A stretch of DNA of 64,000 nt from Fimbriimonadales bacterium (GTDB lineage: Bacteria > Armatimonadota > Fimbriimonadia > Fimbriimonadales > GBS-DC): the NCBI GenBank assembly GCA_025061985.1, contig JANXAW010000023.1, forward strand, positions 13,168 through 77,167, given 5' to 3'. Below the pieces are notes generated by a model. It searched no databases. It was not told where the DNA came from and saw nothing but the letters and a program-made list of their open reading frames with translations. The position numbers were made by a program, and so were the translations under genes. Below are positions 46,075 to 55,134 of the stretch, in pieces. The stretch's first letter is position 1. Each line of letters starts with the position of its first letter.

Positions 46075-47151
46075 GTGACTCGAATGTATCGCAAGAGGCT
46101 TTTTTGGGGCATTCTCTTGATCAACAGCGTCGTCATATCAGCAACATTTGCACAGGTAGGCATGCGAAGCTACGTCGTGCGCAAGTTATATGAACCCGGT
46201 CAGAAGCAACGATTCAATGCCGTCTACTCGTTGCGAGGCGATGTACGCTCCTCGACCTTTGAGCAGAGCATGCCCATTGCGGTGGATGCGCAGCTGCGTT
46301 TTGACACAGAGGTGCTTCAAGTGCTGGAAAACGGGCAGGCGCGGATGCGCGTCTCCACCCGCTACGTCAAGCAGGTGATCGACTACTTTGCTGAGACTGA
46401 GTTGCCTCCGCCCTACACAGAGATTGTGCGCGTAACGCCTTCGGGCTTCCCCAGCGAGGATGACGCCGAACGGCTGGTCAAGCGCGTCAAGCGCAGCGAA
46501 AAAAAAGAAGACCAGCAAGAGCAGACAGAAGAGGAGGCTCCCGAGCTGGATTTTCTGTTGCCCCCGTCTTTCTTCCTGCAAATGATCGGGCTGAGCATCG
46601 TGCCTGGTCCGTTCGGGCCATTTCCCCAGCAAGCTGTGCGTGAGGGTGATGAGTGGCAAGTGCGCTATCCCACGCCGTTTATCGATACGCGCGGTGGCAA
46701 ACTCTCGCTGGAGCAGGCGACGGTTTACACCTACCCCGTTACGGTGCGTGTCATCGGCGCTAAAGAGATCAACGGGCGCCCCGTGCTGCACGTGAAGCTC
46801 ATCACCGACACTGAAATTGACATTCGCCTAGATGATTTTCTGCTTGCGATTACGCGCTTGCGCGACCGTAATGTCCCGCGGGGCACGCTAAAGGGCACCA
46901 TCAAGGGCGAAATAGACTACTATTTTGCCTTGTCAGATGGTGCATTGGTTCAGGCGTCGGGCTACGAGAAACTCAAGCTGCGCGCAGAGTATGACCCGCA
47001 AACCGTTCGCGAGTGGGAGCCTGAAGAAGCGTGGGCGGAGTGGGAAGCGCAAGCGACCTTCCGTCAGGTGCTAGCAGAGGAGCGTATCGCTCCTAAGCCT
47101 CAGCGCCCTACACGCGCCAACCCACGCTCTACACCTAGCCGACGCCGCTAA
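46075..47151 (+). CDS. hypothetical secreted protein
   Basis: Signal peptide is LFWGILLINSVVISATFAQ. There is a central acidic/Lys-rich linker (KRSEKKEDQQEQTEEEAPE). The GTG 46075 lies 7 nt after TACTTA; ATG 46084 is an alternative start. Confidence 0.5.
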   Translation: MTRMYRKRLFWGILLINSVVISATFAQVGMRSYVVRKLYEPGQKQRFNAVYSLRGDVRSSTFEQSMPIAVDAQLRFDTEVLQVLENGQARMRVSTRYVKQVIDYFAETELPPPYTEIVRVTPSGFPSEDDAERLVKRVKRSEKKEDQQEQTEEEAPELDFLLPPSFFLQMIGLSIVPGPFGPFPQQAVREGDEWQVRYPTPFIDTRGGKLSLEQATVYTYPVTVRVIGAKEINGRPVLHVKLITDTEIDIRLDDFLLAITRLRDRNVPRGTLKGTIKGEIDYYFALSDGALVQASGYEKLKLRAEYDPQTVREWEPEEAWAEWEAQATFRQVLAEERIAPKPQRPTRANPRSTPSRRR

Positions 47152-47182
47152 CCAGCACACACGCTCCTATCATCGTTCGCTT

Positions 47183-47219
47183 GGAGAGTCATCGCCCTAC
47201 CTGGTGGCGGTGACTTCTC
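47183..47219 (+). terminator. hairpin 32 nt after the stop of gene 46075..47151
   Basis: GGAGAGTCATCGCC-ctacctggt-GGCGGTGACTTCTC forms about 13 bp with one bulge, followed by a T-containing but weak tract (TTGGTGT). Confidence 0.4.
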
Positions 47220-47371
47220 TTGGTGTCATAGCTGCCGACAAGAGCGCCGTCGCCCTAGGTAGCGTTGGCGTTGCGGCTGACGATCCGCACCCGTGCCCCA
47301 CGCCCAATCGGGACAAATGTCCTATCAGATGCTATGGGCGCAGTGCGTAATGAGAAGTGGAGGTGCTTCCC

Positions 47372-49276
47372 ATGGCTCGCGAAGAAGTGCGCCAGGAGTT
47401 GGAGACAATAAAGGCGCAGCTAAGGCAGTTGTATGCTCGTGTGCAGGCGTTGGAACAGCAGCTTGCAGCAGAGAGGCAACGCCCAACCGAACCTCCTGCT
47501 CAGATGGAAGCGTCTTCGCAGAGAGGAGCAGTTCCTTCGTCAGAAGTGCAGCCTACCTCGCTTGGTGCATCGCTTCGAGTACGCGCGGTCGTGCCGACAC
47601 CCGAAGCGGAGCTTGTTCAGCCTGTATTAGAGGAGGAAGCTGCCTCGTTCGAACGCACCTTAGGTGGCAAGGTTGCTCTTTACACAGGGGTTACCCTTCT
47701 GTTTTTGGCGGCTGCGTTCTTCTTGAGCTGGGCGTGGGCAAAGCTGCCTCCTGTGGGTCGCCTAGCATTGAGCTACTTAGGTGGCTTCGCCCTGATTGGC
47801 ATAGGCGGATTAGCCCGCCACCGCTCGGAAGGCTGGTTTGTAGATGGCTTGATGGGGGCAGGCTTAGCCGTGCTATACCTTAGCACGTGGGCAGGTTGGG
47901 AGCGCTACGCGCTAATGGGCTTCGCCCAAGCGTTTGCATCAGCAGCATTCATCACGGTATTCGGCGTGATATCGGCGGTGTGGCGCAATTCGCAGACGCT
48001 GGCAGTGGTTGCTACCGTAGGCGGCTTTAGCGCGCCCGTATGGCTGCGCGGGGAAGGTGGCGGCGGTAGCCCCCTGAACTTTTTCAGCTACCTTACTGTG
48101 CTCAATGCGGGCATGTTGTCGGTAGCGGTTTGGCGGAAGTGGGAGGGGCAGAAGGCAACCTGTCTCGCTGCGACGATAGCGATTCTCGGGGGATGGATGG
48201 TGGCAAGTTATCAGCCTAAGTTCGCTGCGCTTGCGCTGGGGTTCATTACGCTGAACTATGTGGTGTTTGGTCTTGCGTACCTGCTGCCTAATGCCTTGCG
48301 GCGCCAGCCTACTAAGGAGTTAGAGCTGGTGCAATTTGCAGTGGCATCCTTAGGGTATCTGCCTACAAGCTACGCGCTGGCGCGCCAGGGATTGCCAGCA
48401 GACCCCGGCGTGTGGTTGGCTGGGGCAGGCGTGGCGTATGTTCTCGTGAGCGGGCTAAAGTACCGCCTGCGGGATGCGCCCGCAGCTGCTACCTTGCTAA
48501 CGTTAGGTGTCGCATCTTTAGTGGCTGCTGTTGCGATTGAGTTCCAGCGCCCGGTTCAAGCCGTACTGTTCAGCCTGATTACAGCAGGGTTGCTGATTAC
48601 TAGCCTGCGCTACCAGACCAAGTCGCTCTACGGCTACGGTGTGGTGCTAGCGCTGGTGGCGGCGGTAGTGGTTATGGTAGTGTTGTTTGAGCCGATTCGC
48701 ATGCCCCGTGTAGTGCTGAACGAGCATGGTATAGCGCTGCTGGCGTGGTTGCTGGGCTTGGGCGCGACTCAGGCAGTCCTGTACCGGGATATGCGTTTGC
48801 AGCGCGTGTCACCGCTGGATGGGGTGTTTCCGCGTGAGGTGCTTGCTGCAACGGGCGCGCTGGGGGTTGTGTTCGGCGCACTGTGGTTTAGCACAGAGCA
48901 AACCCTGTACGCCTTTGAGCTGGTGGGGCGTAAAGGCGCACCTGCGGCTCATCTGCTGGTCTCGTTGGAGTGGACGCTTCTCGGCGCAGCGCTGCTCATC
49001 AGTGGGGTGCGTGTAGCAATCCGCGCCCTGCGCCTGATGGGGTTGGGCACGCTGGCGCTCACGGTAGGCAAGCTATTTTTGTACGACCTAAGCTTTCTGG
49101 AGATGCCCTACCGTGTGTTCAGCTTTGCAGGGCTGGGGCTAACGCTGATTGGCGTGGCTTGGCTCTACAGTCGGTATGGCGGCGCAGACACCCACGCTCC
49201 TACGGCACAATCAGCGACACCCCCAACAGGCTCTCCAGCACATGCAGCACCGCCATCAGCCCCCACGCCCCGATAA
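47372..49276 (+). CDS. DUF2339-like polytopic membrane protein
   Basis: Has an N-terminal coiled coil (ELETIKAQLRQLYARVQALEQQL) followed by about 16 TM segments. ATG 47372 follows GGAGGT. Confidence 0.55.
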   Translation: MAREEVRQELETIKAQLRQLYARVQALEQQLAAERQRPTEPPAQMEASSQRGAVPSSEVQPTSLGASLRVRAVVPTPEAELVQPVLEEEAASFERTLGGKVALYTGVTLLFLAAAFFLSWAWAKLPPVGRLALSYLGGFALIGIGGLARHRSEGWFVDGLMGAGLAVLYLSTWAGWERYALMGFAQAFASAAFITVFGVISAVWRNSQTLAVVATVGGFSAPVWLRGEGGGGSPLNFFSYLTVLNAGMLSVAVWRKWEGQKATCLAATIAILGGWMVASYQPKFAALALGFITLNYVVFGLAYLLPNALRRQPTKELELVQFAVASLGYLPTSYALARQGLPADPGVWLAGAGVAYVLVSGLKYRLRDAPAAATLLTLGVASLVAAVAIEFQRPVQAVLFSLITAGLLITSLRYQTKSLYGYGVVLALVAAVVVMVVLFEPIRMPRVVLNEHGIALLAWLLGLGATQAVLYRDMRLQRVSPLDGVFPREVLAATGALGVVFGALWFSTEQTLYAFELVGRKGAPAAHLLVSLEWTLLGAALLISGVRVAIRALRLMGLGTLALTVGKLFLYDLSFLEMPYRVFSFAGLGLTLIGVAWLYSRYGGADTHAPTAQSATPPTGSPAHAAPPSAPTPR

Positions 49277-50369
49277 GGATTTGCACGAGGCCGCTGTTGA
49301 GTAAGCGCAAGCCAAGGGAGGGTGTGGCGCCGCTGTAAGGGCGCGCCTTGCGGAGCAGCTCTTCGCCCACGCGAATGGCATTGAGCAGCTGGCGCTCGGT
49401 GGGGGGCTTAGTGGTGGCAACCCACTGCAGAAAGCCCCCAAACGGTCGCCAAAGGATCAAAGTGAACAGCAGTGCCATCAGCAACGCGAAGTCGCGGGCA
49501 TCCTCATCGGACACGCCGAACTGAAACACTTTGGCAAGCCCTAAAAACAGGGCAATTCCTGCCACAAGGTTCGTACCGCAGCGCGGATGCACCCGCGGCA
49601 TGCGTCGCACCACCTCCAACGTGAGCGGCTCACCGCGTTCAATCGCATGTACCACCATGTGCTCTGCCGCGTGCGTGCCTGCAATAGGCAAAAGGCGAAT
49701 CAGCACTAAGAACACCACAAAGACCGAGCTGCGCAGCACCAGCCCCATCACGTCCGAGAATAAAAACCACTGCCCCGCAAACGGCGAGTTGTAGTAGCTG
49801 TAGAGGGGGATGCCGAACTGATGTTGCGCCCACCACATTCCACCCACGACTAACCAATTTGCTGCCAGAAAGAGGGCAAACAGCAGGGCGCCTGTGAGCA
49901 TTAGCCCGATGGTACCTGCGCCTGCGCTTACCATGCCGTTGGTGAGGTAGACACCTAAGGGAGTCGCCATCCCACCGATTGTGCCCACTTGGGGCAAGGT
50001 GAGCGGGCGAGCGACGAGACCTGCCAGCGAGACCACCCCCACGTAGCGCCCCCACGGGTCCACGCCAATCGCGGGCTGATTGGTGTAAGCAAGGGTTTCT
50101 ATTGCCTCTTCTATAGGCGCGTCAATGGGGATGCGCAAGAATGCCTCGTCCATCCATGCGGTGACGGGTTCCATCCAGTTTGCGCCTTGCTGCACGGCTT
50201 CGCGTAAACGTGCCTCTGTAAGTACGCCGACAGGCGTGCCCAGCTCTACAATCGGTAGCACGCCCGCTCCGCCTTGCGCTAACAGCTCGGCTGCCCTCAG
50301 AAGGCTATCCTCGGGGTAGGCGTAGGGCACCCGCTGCAGCTTGTCTGCTACGAATATTTTCTCAGCCAT
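49200..50369 (-). CDS. CBS-pair domain fused to DUF1385 (YqhQ-like) membrane domain
   Basis: The N-terminal roughly 120 aa form a CBS pair (VLPIVELGTPVGVLTE.., AIGVDPWGRYVGVVSL). The membrane part carries GTHAAEHMVVHAIE and VHPRCGTNL, which correspond to the HGAEHK and H.RCGT motifs of DUF1385. Confidence 0.55.
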   Translation of the reverse strand: MAEKIFVADKLQRVPYAYPEDSLLRAAELLAQGGAGVLPIVELGTPVGVLTEARLREAVQQGANWMEPVTAWMDEAFLRIPIDAPIEEAIETLAYTNQPAIGVDPWGRYVGVVSLAGLVARPLTLPQVGTIGGMATPLGVYLTNGMVSAGAGTIGLMLTGALLFALFLAANWLVVGGMWWAQHQFGIPLYSYYNSPFAGQWFLFSDVMGLVLRSSVFVVFLVLIRLLPIAGTHAAEHMVVHAIERGEPLTLEVVRRMPRVHPRCGTNLVAGIALFLGLAKVFQFGVSDEDARDFALLMALLFTLILWRPFGGFLQWVATTKPPTERQLLNAIRVGEELLRKARPYSGATPSLGLRLLNSGLVQILIGAWGLMAVLHVLESLLGVSLIVP

Positions 50370-50395
50370 GCCTGTGGAGGGTGTTGGGAGCGCTG

Positions 50396-51691
50396 CTATT
50401 CGCCACGCTTACCCAACATTAGAATCTGCTCTCGCGTGAGCGTGATCACCTTACGCACGCGCCGATATGAAACCTCGCGCGTGGGGTTCTCCACTTCGCG
50501 GCGCACCTCATCCGACACTTTGGCATACTTAGGCACCTCAACCGGTGCAGGCTTTTCGCGTACCTCCTCCAAGTAGCGCGCGTCATACATCCCTACACCG
50601 TCCGAGCCAATTCGTGCTTGAACGTTAGGCGAAGCGTAGCGCGGATCGAAGATAAACTCCACCTCGTACTCAGGCGCCTTGAACGGGTACATCTTCGGGT
50701 CTTTGCTCATATCGATCTCGCGGCGGAACTTCTCCTCGCGCACTGCCAGCGAGTCTTGCATATAGGTGAACTTCGGGTCAACCTCGAAGGTAAAGGTTTC
50801 AAGGGCTTTGGGCGAGTAGTTGATGGTTCTGCCTTTGTCGCGCAGGATGACCGTCACGCGCGCACCGATTGTGGGAATGCCAAGCCTGCCCTCTACTAGC
50901 AACACGCGCGGGCGAATCACTTTAACCGTCGCGTCGAAGCCCAAATCCACAGGAGGCTGAGTTTCTGGCTCAGGCCCATAGCGACGCAGAATGTCTAAAA
51001 TAGTGTCTTCCAAGTTGTTTTGGCGCACGTCGTATAGGTTGCTCGATTCCCAATCCTTGTGGCGCGTTTTTTCGGCATCCAAGAAGAGTTTTGCCCACCA
51101 ATCTACCGCGTCATCGAAGCGCCCCGATTTAAAGTAGGCGTGCGCCAGCAGGTGGCGCCGCGCAGGGATCATATCGGGGTGCTCGTTCGCAAGGCGCATC
51201 CACGGCACGGCATTCGTGGGATCTTGAATCTTGTGGAAGTACATCCAGCCCATCTCAAAGTACAGATCCCACACTGCGGGGTTGTTCTGGATGCCTTCCT
51301 CGAGGAACTTGAGTGCCAGCGGGATGTAGCGGCGGTCGGAGCGTTGAGATTCGTCAGTGAAGTTATAGCCCATGTGCCACGCGCCGGTGGCATAGACATC
51401 GAGGTTGTGGGGGTCAAGCCATGTTACAAGGCGCAGCATTGGCAAGACGGCATCGTAGTTGCCCGAATGGAAGAAGCCGTCTGCGCGCACCCACAAGATC
51501 GCTGCCAAAAATTCGCGAAAGCCTGCCACTGCAACCAACAGCTGGTCGGGCGACAAGCCAATCGGCGCCGCTTGCTTGGGCGCGTAGTTGCGCACCCACA
51601 GCGGGTAAATCCGCCACTGCAGCACCGCTTGCACAATCAGCAACACTACAACCAGAACCTTCAGACCTGCGTGGTTCCGCCTCATCCGCAT
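50396..51691 (-). CDS. membrane-anchored hypothetical protein (TPR-like helical N-half, beta-rich C-half), last gene of the ABC-2 operon
   Basis: Has an N-terminal TM (LKVLVVVLLIVQAVL) and helical repeats (DVYATGAWHMGYNF.., LYFEMGWMYF.., LLAHAYFKSGRFDDAVDWW). I recognise no family. Confidence 0.5.
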   Translation of the reverse strand: MRMRRNHAGLKVLVVVLLIVQAVLQWRIYPLWVRNYAPKQAAPIGLSPDQLLVAVAGFREFLAAILWVRADGFFHSGNYDAVLPMLRLVTWLDPHNLDVYATGAWHMGYNFTDESQRSDRRYIPLALKFLEEGIQNNPAVWDLYFEMGWMYFHKIQDPTNAVPWMRLANEHPDMIPARRHLLAHAYFKSGRFDDAVDWWAKLFLDAEKTRHKDWESSNLYDVRQNNLEDTILDILRRYGPEPETQPPVDLGFDATVKVIRPRVLLVEGRLGIPTIGARVTVILRDKGRTINYSPKALETFTFEVDPKFTYMQDSLAVREEKFRREIDMSKDPKMYPFKAPEYEVEFIFDPRYASPNVQARIGSDGVGMYDARYLEEVREKPAPVEVPKYAKVSDEVRREVENPTREVSYRRVRKVITLTREQILMLGKRGE

Positions 51692-51701
51692 ACCCCCCCC
51701 G

Positions 51702-52484
51702 CTACATCTCGCGCTGGTTGAAAATCAGCATGCTAAGCACCAGCAGCATTGTCATATACACCAACGCATACGCCAAGGTTTGCACCGTGTACGCCACAGG
51801 GTCTGTGATGACCTGCTCAGGGTTGATGATAGGGTTTTGCACATTGAAGTTGGAGAAGTTGGGCAGGATAAGCGTGAGTATCTGCACCGGGATGCGCGTA
51901 AGGGGCGTAACTTCGGGATTGCGCTGAATGGTTTCCAGAAAGCTACTGAGCAAGTTGCCCAGCAAAAACACACCGCCCGAAAGGAAGTAGTTTACCAACG
52001 GCGAGACAAAGGTAGAGAAGAAGAGCACCACTGCTGCTAGCAGCGAGCTTTGGAAGAAGAACATTATCAGCCCCGGTATGATGCGTGCATCAAACTCGCC
52101 TATCGCAAAGCGCGTGGCGATGAGAAACACGATTCCCATCATTAGGTACATGAAGCCAAGCGTACCAATCGCCCCAAAGAACTTGCCTAACACAAACTGG
52201 TAGCGTTGCACGGGTTTAGATAAAATCGTGTAAATCGTGCGTCGCTCGATCTCAGTGGGAATCATGGTGGTGCACATGATGATGGCGATAAAAGTGCCTG
52301 CCAGCTGGATCACGCCGAAGCCGAAGCTAATGATCATTGTGCGAGCGCCACGCCCACCTGCGAACGGCCCAAAAGCAGGGCTAATCAAGATAATCAGCAA
52401 CGCAATCAGCAAAATAACTATCAGGATACGCTTACGGATTGCCTCCCCGAAAGTTGCCCCTGCGATTGCCATTACTGCGTTCAT
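51702..52484 (-). CDS. ABC-2 type transporter permease
   Basis: 260 aa with six TM segments. Its start overlaps the ATPase stop by 4 nt. Confidence 0.75.
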   Translation of the reverse strand: MNAVMAIAGATFGEAIRKRILIVILLIALLIILISPAFGPFAGGRGARTMIISFGFGVIQLAGTFIAIIMCTTMIPTEIERRTIYTILSKPVQRYQFVLGKFFGAIGTLGFMYLMMGIVFLIATRFAIGEFDARIIPGLIMFFFQSSLLAAVVLFFSTFVSPLVNYFLSGGVFLLGNLLSSFLETIQRNPEVTPLTRIPVQILTLILPNFSNFNVQNPIINPEQVITDPVAYTVQTLAYALVYMTMLLVLSMLIFNQREM

Positions 52485-53413
52485 ACGCTCTTGCCTCCTT
52501 GGATGGTCTCCACAAACAGGTCTTCCAGTGTGCGGCGGTAGGGCTTGACGCTAATGATGTGCCCGCCTGCAGCGCGCACGATGTCAATGACGCGGTCTAC
52601 GGAGCCGTCATCGGGCTGCTGCACGATTAAGCGGCCGTCGTGCAGGCTCACCTTGCCGCCCAACTGGCGGATTGGCTCCACCACGTTGTCAGAGACCTTA
52701 TCAGCGATAATTTCCACGTGCCCGCCTGCCAGCAGCTCTTCGATTTTGCCGAGGCGCACCAGCATGCCCTTGTTGAGGATGGCGACGCGATCGCATACGC
52801 GCTCCACATCCGACAGCTGGTGAGAGCTGATAAAAAGCGTTTTGCCCTGATTGCGCAGCTCCAAAATGAGGTCGCGGATGTCGATGTGCGCGATCGGGTC
52901 TAACCCTGCGGTTGGCTCGTCTAAGATGAGCAGTTCGGGGTCGTTGATGAGGCATTGCGCCAACCCAATGCGTTGCAGCATTCCTTTAGAGTAGGTGCGG
53001 AGGGGCTGGTCTGCTGCGCGCGACAGCCCAACGCGATCTAGTAACTCCTCCACGCGCTTGCTGCGCTCTGGCTCGGGAATGCCAAATAGACGAGCGTAGA
53101 AAGTTAAAATCTCGCGCCCAGTCATGTAGTCGTAAAAGTAGGGGTTTTCGGGTAGGTAGCTGATTTTGTAGTGGTTTTTGGGGTCGCCCGCGGGCTTGCC
53201 CAGCACATATGCTTCGCCTTCCGTTGGGTAGATGATGCCAAGCAGGATCTTGATGGTGGTCGTCTTTCCTGCCCCGTTCGGGCCAAGAAAACCAAAGATT
53301 TCGCCCCGATAGACTTCTAAGTTGAGATTTTTGACTGCATCTACAGGATGCTTGCTCCACAGCCCCGAGTAGCGCTTAGTTAGGTTGACCGTCTTGATGG
53401 CTATGTCGCTCAT
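52481..53413 (-). CDS. ABC transporter ATP-binding protein (ABC-2/DrrA-like exporter class)
   Basis: Contains GPNGAGKTTT, YSKGMLQRIGLA and LLILDEPTAGLD, plus a C-terminal accessory domain. SD GGAGGT lies upstream. Confidence 0.9.
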   Translation of the reverse strand: MSDIAIKTVNLTKRYSGLWSKHPVDAVKNLNLEVYRGEIFGFLGPNGAGKTTTIKILLGIIYPTEGEAYVLGKPAGDPKNHYKISYLPENPYFYDYMTGREILTFYARLFGIPEPERSKRVEELLDRVGLSRAADQPLRTYSKGMLQRIGLAQCLINDPELLILDEPTAGLDPIAHIDIRDLILELRNQGKTLFISSHQLSDVERVCDRVAILNKGMLVRLGKIEELLAGGHVEIIADKVSDNVVEPIRQLGGKVSLHDGRLIVQQPDDGSVDRVIDIVRAAGGHIISVKPYRRTLEDLFVETIQGGKSV

Positions 53414-53457
53414 TACGACCTCCTATGATGGCGAGAGTGCAGGAGAGATTATACCCG

Positions 53458-54150
53458 TTAGAACAGGCGCATCTCTTCGGTAAGCGTAATCGGCTCGATT
53501 AGCGAAGGGTCGTCGTTAGCGGGGTTGTTCACGCGTGTGCTGACGGGGTAGGCGATTAGTAAATCATTGGGGGCGGGCTTGAGTAAGGCATCCAGCTCGC
53601 TGGGCTTAGCGTCGGGGCTGAGCCAGAGAGCATACGCTTCAGGAGGCAGCACCACTGCCATGCGGTTGTGCAGGGGCTGGATAGTGGCGTTGGCATCCGT
53701 GGTAATGATGGTGCAAGTGTGCAGTTCGCTTCCGTCGGGGCTGTGCCACACTTCCCACAAGCCCGCCAGTCCCATTGGGAGATTGTCTGCTGCCCGCACG
53801 AAGTAGGGCTGCTTAGTGCGCCCTACCTTTTTCCACTCGTAAAAGCCGCTAACGGGCACGATGCAGCGACGATAACGGTAGGCGTTGCGGAAGGCGGGTT
53901 TTTCGCGAAGCGTTTCAGCGCGGGCGTTGATCATCCGATTGCCGATGCTTGGGTCTTGTGCCCAAGCGGGTACCAGTCCCCAAATCAAGTGCGTCCATTC
54001 GCGGGCGTTGGTGTCTGGGTTGTAGCGCAGCGCCAAAATCGGTTGGCTGGGGGCGATGTTGTAGCGGGGCACTATGGGGTGGGGCACTGGTACGCCGAAA
54101 CGCCGCGTTAGTTGCTCGCTGTTTGCGTAAAGCGCATAGCGTCCGCACAT
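53458..54150 (-). CDS. SOS response-associated peptidase (SRAP/YedK/HMCES family)
   Basis: Begins MCGRYAL with the catalytic Cys2. NIAPSQ, NARAETL and RRCIVPVSGFYEW are present. Confidence 0.9.
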   Translation of the reverse strand: MCGRYALYANSEQLTRRFGVPVPHPIVPRYNIAPSQPILALRYNPDTNAREWTHLIWGLVPAWAQDPSIGNRMINARAETLREKPAFRNAYRYRRCIVPVSGFYEWKKVGRTKQPYFVRAADNLPMGLAGLWEVWHSPDGSELHTCTIITTDANATIQPLHNRMAVVLPPEAYALWLSPDAKPSELDALLKPAPNDLLIAYPVSTRVNNPANDDPSLIEPITLTEEMRLF

Positions 54151-54156
54151 CGTGGT

Positions 54157-55134
54157 TCACCCCATCCGCTCGCCAACTTGGGGGCGATAGCCGTTGATGA
54201 AGGCGCGCACTTCCATCCGCACGCGGTTTTCAGGTTGCACCTCCAGCAGGCGCAGCGCACCCTGCCCGCAAGCGACCAAAAAGTGCTCTGGTGCAACCGA
54301 AAGAATAGTGCCCGGCTCCGCAGGGGGTGCATCGGGCACAGCGACCGCTTTCCAAAGCTTAAGCAGTTTGCCGCGCCATGTGGTGAACGCGCCTGGTTTT
54401 GGTGCGAAGGCGCGAATGCGGTTTTTGCAGCGTTCCGCAGGTTCTTCCCAACGCATGCGGGCATCGTCTTTAGTGAGCATCGGCGCGTAGGTGGCTTCCG
54501 CGTGGTTTTGGGGGGTGCGTGTGAGGGTGCCTGCTTCCAGTTGCGATAGCCCTTCCATAAGCAGTTCCGCTGCGCGTTTCGCCAAGCGCGCCTCCAAAGT
54601 GCCGTAGTCGTCCTCTGGGTAGATAGGTTCGGAAACCTGCAGATAAATGTCGCCCGCGTCCAGCTCGGCAGTCATCTCCATCAGCGTCACGCCCGTCTCG
54701 GTTTCGCCGTTTAGGAGAGCGTATTGGATCGGTGCTGCCCCGCGATACTTGGGGAGCAACGAGGCATGCAGGTTCCAGTTCCCCAACGGCGCCACTTCCA
54801 GCACGCTTTGAGGTAGGATTTTGCCGTAAGATGCCAGCACCAGCAAGTCAGGGGCGAGCGCACGCAAGTGCGCCAAAAACTCTGGGTCGCGCAAGCGTGC
54901 GGGCGTGAGCACAGGTAATCCAAGGGCTTCAGCGCGGGCGTGTACAGGGGTCTTTTGTAGGTGCATGCCGCGCCCCGCGGGCTTCGGCGGCTGGCTGACT
55001 ACTGCCAAAATCGGGTAGCCCGCAGTATAAAGCTGCTCTAACGCGGGTACAGCGAACGCACCCGAGCCGAAATAAACGATGCGTGGGCGGTTCAGATAAC
55101 CTCCTCCTCGTGCTCCGTGCGTGGATGTTCCCAA
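54157..55134 (-). CDS. fmt: methionyl-tRNA formyltransferase
   Basis: Contains IVYFGSGAFAVP, NLHASLLPKYRGAAPIQ and a C-terminal beta-barrel domain. It overlaps the def 3' end by 43 nt if ATG 55134 is used. Confidence 0.9.
   Translation of the reverse strand: MGTSTHGARGGGYLNRPRIVYFGSGAFAVPALEQLYTAGYPILAVVSQPPKPAGRGMHLQKTPVHARAEALGLPVLTPARLRDPEFLAHLRALAPDLLVLASYGKILPQSVLEVAPLGNWNLHASLLPKYRGAAPIQYALLNGETETGVTLMEMTAELDAGDIYLQVSEPIYPEDDYGTLEARLAKRAAELLMEGLSQLEAGTLTRTPQNHAEATYAPMLTKDDARMRWEEPAERCKNRIRAFAPKPGAFTTWRGKLLKLWKAVAVPDAPPAEPGTILSVAPEHFLVACGQGALRLLEVQPENRVRMEVRAFINGYRPQVGERMG

Noticed and set aside
47293-47883. 196-aa plus-strand ORF overlapping the start of the DUF2339-like gene
   Set aside because: It lies in a different frame from the 639-aa membrane protein. 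Its composition is Arg/Gly/Cys-rich and typical of an off-frame high-GC artefact, and it has no SD.
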